Shown here one piece after another: positions 57,342 through 64,000 of a DNA stretch of 64,000 bases. The translations under genes were made by a program, and so were the position numbers. Positions within the stretch are counted from its first letter, which is position 1, and each line of letters starts with the position of its first letter. Under the pieces are notes generated by a model. The model saw nothing but the letters and a program-made list of their open reading frames with translations. It did not search any database and was not told the DNA's origin. Source of the stretch: Candidatus Babelota bacterium (lineage in GTDB: Bacteria; Babelota; Babeliae; Babelales; JAHIUU01); assembly GCA_018817025.1 (NCBI GenBank), contig JAHIUU010000006.1, positions 251,909 to 315,908 of the forward strand, read 5' to 3'.

Positions 57342-58715
57342 ATGCTACGACTTGTTCGTGTTTTATGGGGTGATTTGACGAGAGATGAACTCAAGAAGTT
57401 CGGGATCTTGTCGGTTGCCATGATGTTGATTGTTGGTAACTATTGGATGTTGCGTGTAACTAAAGATGCGTTATTTGACGTCCTCGTTGGATTTCGTCAA
57501 TGGCAGCCGGTTGCAAAGATGATTTCTGTGCTCGTTATGGTTGTTGTTGTTCTTGGGTATAGTAAGCTTGTTGACATGCTCAGGCGACACCATCTTATCT
57601 ATCTGGTATGTTCTTTTTACGGGGTGACCTTTATTCTTCTCAGTTACCTTGCTACGAATCCAGAGCTTCTCGCAGTAAGTAGTACCTCCTTAATCTACCC
57701 ACTTGTGTCATGGATTCCGTCAAAGATTCCTGGTGGTGGTATTGGGTGGTTTGCCTATGTCTTTCTGGAAAGTTATGGTTCGCTTTTGATCGCAGTATTT
57801 TACTCCTTTATTGCGAGTGTTATGACAACCGGATTGGCGAAAAAGGGGTACGGTATGATGATGTCCATAACACAGTTTGGAACATTGTCTGGTGTGCTTA
57901 TCTCTATGTTTTTTGTCGAGCGAGTTGGCATTCCAATGTTGTACTTTTTTGGTGGGATCGTGGTTTTATCGGCACCGTTTATCATAAGGTACTACATATC
58001 ACAATTTCCTGAAGATATTGCCTCGACACAAGAGGCTGTTGCTGGGAAGAAAAATAAGACGGGATTTTTCGAGGGATTGCGACTTATTGCAACGCGGCCA
58101 TATATCATGGGTGTTTTTGTTGTCGTGACCGCCTATGAAATTATCTCAACTATCGTTGAGTATCAAATGAGCTGGATTGCTGTCGGGATTTATTCGCCAG
58201 AACAGTTCACTGTCTTTCGAACCTATCAGGGACTTGGAATTAACTTGCTTGCATTATTATTTGCCATTATCGGCACCAGCTTCTTCATGAGAAGACTTGG
58301 CTTGAAATTTTGTTTAATGGCGTTTCCTATTACGATAGGTGTGGTTGTGACTGCAAACTATCTTGTACGGTTGTCAGGGGCTGGAAATACCACCTTAATG
58401 TGGGTTCTTATGCTCGCAACGGTTGCGATCAAGGGTCTTAATTATGCGCTGAACAAACCAACCTCAGAAGTGATGTACATTCCAACCAGTAAAGATGTGA
58501 AATTTAAGTCAAAAGGCTGGATTGATGTTTTTGGAAATCGCTCGACCAAAGGAGTTGGTGCTACCGTGTCGAAGAGTCTGGGACACTCGCTTCCAGTCTT
58601 GTTGATGTACGGTACAATCATATCGCTTGGAATTGTTGGAGTTTGGTTATTGATAGCACAGTTTGTTGGTAATAAGTTCAACAAACTACAAGAACAGGAT
58701 GCGATTGTCGAATAA
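57342..58715 (+). CDS. Nucleotide transporter, NTT/TLC
   Basis: LWGDL..DE.KKF, YWMLRVTKD, NKP..E.MYIPT.KDVKFKSKGWIDVFG.R.TK; RBS AGGAG. Confidence 0.88.
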   Translation: MLRLVRVLWGDLTRDELKKFGILSVAMMLIVGNYWMLRVTKDALFDVLVGFRQWQPVAKMISVLVMVVVVLGYSKLVDMLRRHHLIYLVCSFYGVTFILLSYLATNPELLAVSSTSLIYPLVSWIPSKIPGGGIGWFAYVFLESYGSLLIAVFYSFIASVMTTGLAKKGYGMMMSITQFGTLSGVLISMFFVERVGIPMLYFFGGIVVLSAPFIIRYYISQFPEDIASTQEAVAGKKNKTGFFEGLRLIATRPYIMGVFVVVTAYEIISTIVEYQMSWIAVGIYSPEQFTVFRTYQGLGINLLALLFAIIGTSFFMRRLGLKFCLMAFPITIGVVVTANYLVRLSGAGNTTLMWVLMLATVAIKGLNYALNKPTSEVMYIPTSKDVKFKSKGWIDVFGNRSTKGVGATVSKSLGHSLPVLLMYGTIISLGIVGVWLLIAQFVGNKFNKLQEQDAIVE

Positions 58716-58770
58716 GACAAAAAGTTTCCGGTAAAAAATGTTTTCTATTCCAATAGAAACATAGAAATTA

Positions 58771-58825
58771 GGGGCTGGTTGGCGGTTTTTACGTATGGAT
58801 GCCGAGAAACAACCAGTCCCTTTTT
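58771..58825 (+). terminator. Long-loop stem with U-tail, probable NTT terminator
   Basis: GGGGCTGGTTG ... CAACCAGTCCC (11 bp, one G-U) followed by TTTTT. Confidence 0.55.
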
Positions 58826-59004
58826 AGTTGCTAACAAAAATGTTAGTAACTAAAATTGCAAATATTGATTTTGCTTGTCTGTAGTTGCTTGCTGTAGACT
58901 GTCTTGTTTTGGTACACTTTTGCTTTGTGGTTTGTAGTCAGGCAATTTGAGAGATTTACATAATCTTGTTTGACGCGACGCGGTGGAAGTCGTAAAATTG
59001 TCTC

Positions 59005-60318
59005 ATGAAAATTCCCACAATCTATCCAGTTACTTGTCATACTCGTCATGTTGGTCCAGGCTCGACTTTTGTTGCGATCGATGGGTTTAAGCGTAATGGC
59101 GTTTCGTTTCTTGATGAGGCGGTTGCTCGGGGTGCGACGACGCTTGTTATCAACAGGTCTCTGCAGGGACAGATCGCCTGTCCTCCTGGGGTCTCGGTTT
59201 GTTTTGTAGATGATTGTCGAAAAGAACTTGCAGGATTATCAAGTGTTGCCCTGGGGAATCCGTCAAAGAAATTAAAAATAATTGGCATTACCGGAACAAA
59301 AGGTAAGACGTCCACGACATATATTATTGAGTATTTGTTACGTCAGGTCGGCTATAAAACAGCCCTGTTGGGATCAATAAGAAACAAAATTGTCGACGAC
59401 CAGGTTGAAAGTACTTTGACAACTCCAGAGAGCGATTATTTACATGTTTTTTTCGATCAGTGTGTCAAGCGTGGTGTAACGCATCTCGTGATGGAGGTTT
59501 CGTCACATGCCCTTGCGCTCCATCGAGTTTTCGGAATTCAGTTTCATGTTGTTGGTTTTACAAATCTTGCTCCTGAGCACATGGATTTTCATCCAACCAT
59601 GGAGCAGTATTTTGCAACGAAAACAAAAATTTTCTCTCAGGTTCATCCTAACGGACATGTTGTAATAAATTGTGATAATGAGTGGGGGCGTAGGGCTGCA
59701 TCAGGTGTGAAAAACTGTGTTATGTTCCGTAAAACTGATATTGAACTTTCGATCCCGTCTCTTATGGGAGAGTTTAATAAGTATAATGCGATTATGGCTT
59801 ATCTAGTTTGTAGAAAACTAGGCTTGAAAGAAAAAGAAATACGTGAGTTCCTAAAAAAAATTCCCGGGATTCCCGGGCGTCTTCAGTTGCACGTGCTCAA
59901 AAATGGCGCTCGTGCGTTTGTTGATTTTGCTCACAATCCGTCTTCGTTTGAGGCGGTGTTGCAAACATTACGCTCTCTAAGTTCTCACTTAATTGTTTTA
60001 TTTGGTTGTGGGGGCGATCGTGATAAAAAAAAGCGTTCTGCTATGGGGCGCCTTGCGACGCAGTATGGCGACATTGTTATTGTTACCAGCGACAACCCAA
60101 GAGATGAGGATCCCATGACAATCATAAGAGATATTTGTCAGGGGGTAACAAAAGATGTGATTTGTGTGCCAGACCGAAAAGAGGCTATCGCTCGAGTGGT
60201 CACTTTTTCTCGGCCCGATTCTATTGTTGCCTTGCTAGGCAAAGGGCATGAATCATATTATCTTTGTGGGGGCGAGTGTTATCGGTGGAGCGACTTCGAG
60301 GAGATTAGTCAATATTAA
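59005..60318 (+). CDS. murE: UDP-MurNAc-tripeptide synthetase (Mur ligase)
   Basis: GITGTKGKTST, TTPES, MEVSSH, FTNL..EH.DFH, VDFAHNP, FGCGGDRD..KR, TSDNPR, GKGHE. Confidence 0.9.
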   Translation: MKIPTIYPVTCHTRHVGPGSTFVAIDGFKRNGVSFLDEAVARGATTLVINRSLQGQIACPPGVSVCFVDDCRKELAGLSSVALGNPSKKLKIIGITGTKGKTSTTYIIEYLLRQVGYKTALLGSIRNKIVDDQVESTLTTPESDYLHVFFDQCVKRGVTHLVMEVSSHALALHRVFGIQFHVVGFTNLAPEHMDFHPTMEQYFATKTKIFSQVHPNGHVVINCDNEWGRRAASGVKNCVMFRKTDIELSIPSLMGEFNKYNAIMAYLVCRKLGLKEKEIREFLKKIPGIPGRLQLHVLKNGARAFVDFAHNPSSFEAVLQTLRSLSSHLIVLFGCGGDRDKKKRSAMGRLATQYGDIVIVTSDNPRDEDPMTIIRDICQGVTKDVICVPDRKEAIARVVTFSRPDSIVALLGKGHESYYLCGGECYRWSDFEEISQY

Positions 60319-60332
60319 GAAAGGGCATACGT

Positions 60333-61334
60333 ATGAATAAAAATATATTATTGATAGTAATAGCGTCATTACTGCTTCTTTCGTCTTGTACAACAATTGG
60401 ACAAGATAAAGAGCGTTTCGATTACAAAGTAGTTATTATCGGTTCCGGTCCGGCTGGCCTTACTGCTGGCATTTACACGTCTCGAGGAAATTTTGACACA
60501 TTAATTGTAGAAGGCGATATCCCTGGAGGGTTATTAACCGAGACCCCTGAGATTGGCAACTGGCCTGGCGAAAAAAGCATCTCAGGATATGATCTCATGG
60601 AAAAAATTCGTGATCATGCAAAGCACGAGGGCTGCAAGCTTGTTTCAGATAGTGTTTCTAAAATCGATTTTTCAAAAAAACCATATACTATTTTCACGCA
60701 GGGCGGAAAGTCGTATCAAGCTCAAGCGATCATCATTGGTACGGGGGCGAAGCGAAAAAAACTTGGGTGTCCTGGCGAGCAGGAGTATTGGGGCAAGGGT
60801 GTCTCGGCTTGCGCGACCTGTGACGCGCCGTTCTATCGAGGCAAAACGGTGGCCGTTGTTGGTGGTGGACATACTGCTTTGACCGAAGCGCATCATCTAG
60901 CTCGTTTTGCAAAAAAAGTTATTATGATTCATCGGTCTTCAGAATTTCATGTTGCCGATCCAATAAAAGATAAAGTTATTCAAGACCCCAAAATAGAAAT
61001 TATTCACGATAGTTTGATACAGAAGATTATTGGTGATAGGAGAACCGTGACAGGAGTTGTGATAAACAATCGTTTGGATCAAAAAATTACGTCTATAGCA
61101 ACAGACGGCGTTTTTGTCGCTATAGGTTTCATTCCAAACGTCGAGATGTTTGATGGCCAGTTAGAGCTTGATGATCGTGGTTTTCTTAAAGTTTCGGGCG
61201 ACTCAAAGACGAGTCAAGAAGGGGTGTTCGCTGCTGGAGACGTAATTCATCGTAAATATCAGCAGGCGATTGTTGCTGCAGGCGATGGGTGCAAGGCGGC
61301 GCTCGACTGTATAGAGTATTTTGATAAGGGGTAA
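60333..61334 (+). CDS. trxB: Thioredoxin reductase with N-terminal lipoprotein signal
   Basis: IIGSGPAG, GG.L, GVSACATCD, VVGGG, IHR, GVFAAGDV; N-terminus MNKNILLIVIASLLLLSSC. Confidence 0.93.
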   Translation: MNKNILLIVIASLLLLSSCTTIGQDKERFDYKVVIIGSGPAGLTAGIYTSRGNFDTLIVEGDIPGGLLTETPEIGNWPGEKSISGYDLMEKIRDHAKHEGCKLVSDSVSKIDFSKKPYTIFTQGGKSYQAQAIIIGTGAKRKKLGCPGEQEYWGKGVSACATCDAPFYRGKTVAVVGGGHTALTEAHHLARFAKKVIMIHRSSEFHVADPIKDKVIQDPKIEIIHDSLIQKIIGDRRTVTGVVINNRLDQKITSIATDGVFVAIGFIPNVEMFDGQLELDDRGFLKVSGDSKTSQEGVFAAGDVIHRKYQQAIVAAGDGCKAALDCIEYFDKG

Positions 61335-61349
61335 CCTGGGGGTGATGTT

Positions 61350-63479
61350 TTGCAAACAAATTTACGTAAACGTTATGTTGTTTTACTTCTCAGTATTGCT
61401 GTTTTGTTTGCAACCGCTTGGCTGACGATTTTTTTCCAGCGCAAGCAGCATTTGATTGGCGGTGGAATCAATCGCACGTTTCTTTTTTTATTAATTAATG
61501 CTCACGTTATTGTGAGCATTATTCTTTTGTATTTAATTGTTCGTCAAAGCATAAAACTGTTTATTGAACGGCGAAAAAAGATTCCAGGTTCGGCGTTTAA
61601 ACGAAACCTGCTTTTTGCTTTTATTATCTTCTCTGTTATTCCTGGGGTTTTCGTTTTTTTTATAGCGGGAAAGTTTATTACGACTAGCATCGACCATTGG
61701 TTTGAGGCACGTCTTGGGACCGGGCTTGAGAAAGGCTTGTACCTGCATGAACAGCAGACCAGACAGGAGCGAGAAGCGATTGCGAGGTGGGGTTGCCTGA
61801 TAAAAGAAGGTGGGATATCTCGTTTGGATATTATTAAGCAAGAACACCCAGATCTTTCTCGTTATAAGATTTATCTATGGGGAAAGAATTTTTCTAAAAC
61901 TCTTAAAACTACTAAAGATATAGGTTCGATTGGTGACGAGGTTCGTGTTTGGAGGGAATTTAGAAAACGTAACGACCGATCGACGCAGAGTTTGCGAAAG
62001 GATTTCTTTACTCAGTTGAACCGGGCAGGAGTTGCTGGTCATACCTTTGATTTTTATGGGTCGCTTTACTGGGTAGCAAAAATTGGTGATTACCGGCTTG
62101 TTCTTGTTCATCGCTACCCAGATTTCATTCGTTATCCGTTGATTGAAATGCAAAATTCACTTGATGATTACTTGCAATTGAGATCGATAAGAAGTCCTAT
62201 CTACTGGAGCTACTTGGTTATGTTTTTATTGCTCACGCTTTTGATTTTATTTTTATCGATTTGGTGTGCGTTTTATCTTGCTCGTGGGATTAGTGAGCCG
62301 ATCAAAGAGCTGCTTTTATCCATAGGGAAAATTAGAGCAGGCAACTTTGATGCACAGGTCAGGCTAAAGCCGGCCGACGATTTGCTTTCTCTTGTAAGTG
62401 GATTTAATGAGATGACTCATTCTTTAAAACGTGCTTATACGAATCTTGAGTTTCACAATAAAGAGATGCTGACTATGCTGGAACATATTAAAGAGTCGGT
62501 GTTTTTTATTAACGATTATGGACGAATTGTCTCGTTCAACGAGGCTTCAAAAAAATTGGTAAAGCACTATCTTGGTGTAACACGATTTAAAAATAAGAAG
62601 ATATCTATCTTAGGGGTCTACGTTAAAGATCTTTTTTTTGCGCTGGTTAGAGAGCTTAAGACATCAGGCAATAGCGCTCCGCTATCACGCGAGATTTCTT
62701 TTTCGCATGAGGGTGAGATCAAAACGTTTATGGTGTACGGTGCGATTATGACATCCCATCGTGGCATTCTTGTTATTATTGAAGATATGAGTGACTTGTA
62801 CAAAATTAATAAAATCAAAACGTGGCAGGAAGCTGCCAAGCAGATGGCTCACGAGATAAAAAATCCGCTGACGCCGATTCAGTTGACTACGCAGCGCTTG
62901 CAAAGAAAGTTGCGAAAACAACCTGGTTGCGATCCGGTATTGATGGAGTGTACGCAAACCATTTTGCACCAAGTTGCCGTTATCAAAGGGCTTGTGACAC
63001 ACTTTTCTGAGTTCGCCAAAATGCCAGGGACTATTATAGAGCAGCTTGAGATTAATGCGATTATTAAAAAGGTTTGTTCTTTCTACGAGACCAGCTATCC
63101 GGAAATAGAGTTTTCGTATGACCTACAAAAGTTTTTGCCAACATTCAAGGCCGACAAAAAAAAGATGAAACGAGTTCTTGTTAATTTGCTTGACAATAGT
63201 ATTCGCGTTTTACGTGATTTTGATGATGAAAAAAGAATAACGATCAAGACTCGCTTTAGAACGGCAAGAAACCAAATAGAACTTCTTATTTCAGACAGTG
63301 GTCCTGGGATTTCTCGGGAGGTGCAGGAAAAGCTTTTTCTGCCCTATGTTTCGAGTGACAAAAAAAACATGGGGCTTGGGCTTGCGATTGCACACGATAT
63401 CATTTCTCAGGCCGGGGGCTCTATTAAGTTGCTTTCAGACTCTCAGGGTGCGACCTTTCAAATATTGCTACCTGTGTAG
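61350..63479 (+). CDS. NtrY-like sensor histidine kinase (TM, HAMP, PAS-like, HisKA, HATPase)
   Basis: W.E.AKQMAHEIKNPLTPIQL, NLLDNS, DSGPG, F.PYVS, GLGLAI. Confidence 0.93.
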   Translation: MQTNLRKRYVVLLLSIAVLFATAWLTIFFQRKQHLIGGGINRTFLFLLINAHVIVSIILLYLIVRQSIKLFIERRKKIPGSAFKRNLLFAFIIFSVIPGVFVFFIAGKFITTSIDHWFEARLGTGLEKGLYLHEQQTRQEREAIARWGCLIKEGGISRLDIIKQEHPDLSRYKIYLWGKNFSKTLKTTKDIGSIGDEVRVWREFRKRNDRSTQSLRKDFFTQLNRAGVAGHTFDFYGSLYWVAKIGDYRLVLVHRYPDFIRYPLIEMQNSLDDYLQLRSIRSPIYWSYLVMFLLLTLLILFLSIWCAFYLARGISEPIKELLLSIGKIRAGNFDAQVRLKPADDLLSLVSGFNEMTHSLKRAYTNLEFHNKEMLTMLEHIKESVFFINDYGRIVSFNEASKKLVKHYLGVTRFKNKKISILGVYVKDLFFALVRELKTSGNSAPLSREISFSHEGEIKTFMVYGAIMTSHRGILVIIEDMSDLYKINKIKTWQEAAKQMAHEIKNPLTPIQLTTQRLQRKLRKQPGCDPVLMECTQTILHQVAVIKGLVTHFSEFAKMPGTIIEQLEINAIIKKVCSFYETSYPEIEFSYDLQKFLPTFKADKKKMKRVLVNLLDNSIRVLRDFDDEKRITIKTRFRTARNQIELLISDSGPGISREVQEKLFLPYVSSDKKNMGLGLAIAHDIISQAGGSIKLLSDSQGATFQILLPV

Positions 63480-63482
63480 GAT

Positions 63483-64000
63483 TTAATGGTGATGAATAAA
63501 CCATTCCTTTGTCACTTCGATTCCAATAATTTTCACTAATGAGAGAACAAGAATAAGTCCCCATTCTTGGGTGCCGAGGGAAACGGTTGCGAATAGCTTC
63601 TGCATTGGAGGAATGTAAATGACCAAAAGTTGTATTGCTGCGCCAGCAAGTACTGCTACGTTGAGCCACTTGTTTTTAAATGGGTTCACTCGAAAGAGTG
63701 ACGATCGCATGCTTCGGACAGAAAAGACGTATAAGAGTGAGTCGATTGCTAGTGCCGTGAACATAATCGTACGAATGTGTGGTAAGTCAAAACTTGTTTG
63801 CAACAGCCCAAGATAAAGGCCAAATAGTCCAAAATCAGTAACGATTCCAATCACAAAGATAAGTATTTTCATGTGTCTATTCATGATAGGTTCGTCTTTA
63901 GAGCGAGGTTTTTCTAGCATTACTTCAGGCTCGCCCGGTTCCATGGTTAGCGCGAGGTTGGGAAATCCGTCGGTAACTAAATTAATCCAAAAAATTTGTG
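63483..64000 (-). CDS. Cation-transporting P-type ATPase (type II, Ca2+-like), C-terminal part; runs off the right edge
   Basis: QIFWINLVTDGFPNLALTMEP...M..KPR, NPFKNKWL, LQL..IYIP..Q.LF. Confidence 0.92.
   Translation of the reverse strand, partial: QIFWINLVTDGFPNLALTMEPGEPEVMLEKPRSKDEPIMNRHMKILIFVIGIVTDFGLFGLYLGLLQTSFDLPHIRTIMFTALAIDSLLYVFSVRSMRSSLFRVNPFKNKWLNVAVLAGAAIQLLVIYIPPMQKLFATVSLGTQEWGLILVLSLVKIIGIEVTKEWFIHHH

Noticed and set aside
58771-58825. GGGGCTG start resembling tmRNA or tRNA-Ala
   Set aside because: No T-arm, CCA end or tag ORF; the stem closes after about 50 nt.
58843-59049. 68-aa minus-strand ORF
   Set aside because: Overlaps the murE start and promoter region; no RBS or motif.
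1-64000. CRISPR arrays, rRNA/tRNA genes, transposases, integrases, prophage
   Set aside because: No regularly spaced repeats, tRNA T-loop/cloverleaf signatures, or DDE/tyrosine recombinase motifs were found by eye; a tRNAscan/Infernal run would be needed to exclude small RNAs fully.

Overview
Gene-dense, AT-rich bacterial chromosomal window with about 55 CDS. I found no rRNA, tRNA, CRISPR array or intact mobile element. Three nucleotide-transporter (NTT/TLC) paralogs, tandem amino-acid permeases, salvage enzymes, broken-up conserved operons and giant orphan secreted proteins point to a host-dependent, protist-associated bacterium, most like Candidatus Dependentiae (TM6/Babeliae). That placement is an inference, not a database result. 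The housekeeping backbone includes holB, tmk, pheS, galU, tsaC, nrnA, bamD, ftsL/ftsI, murG, tkt, rho, secF, rpmA, polA, ruvX, tsaB, rsmE, gpmI, murE and trxB. Best leads: (1) a self-contained locus with a promoter, a perfect 34-bp nested palindrome, a 1854-aa secreted orphan, an intercistronic hairpin, a probable outer-membrane beta-barrel and a terminator; (2) normally cytoplasmic enzymes carrying export signals (a uracil PRTase paralog, thioredoxin reductase with a lipobox, and a glucokinase-like protein with altered catalytic motifs); (3) a possible host-lipid harvesting set (secreted cPLA2-like phospholipase, acyl-CoA ligase, AMP-ligase/ACP/acyltransferase fusion); (4) a symmetric locus of two upp paralogs flanked by two related small membrane proteins; (5) a divergent FolC-like ligase with an AT-hook-like insertion; (6) decayed remnants of a DinB-like little-finger domain and an MNT nucleotidyltransferase. 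All calls come from manual motif reading; no searches were run.
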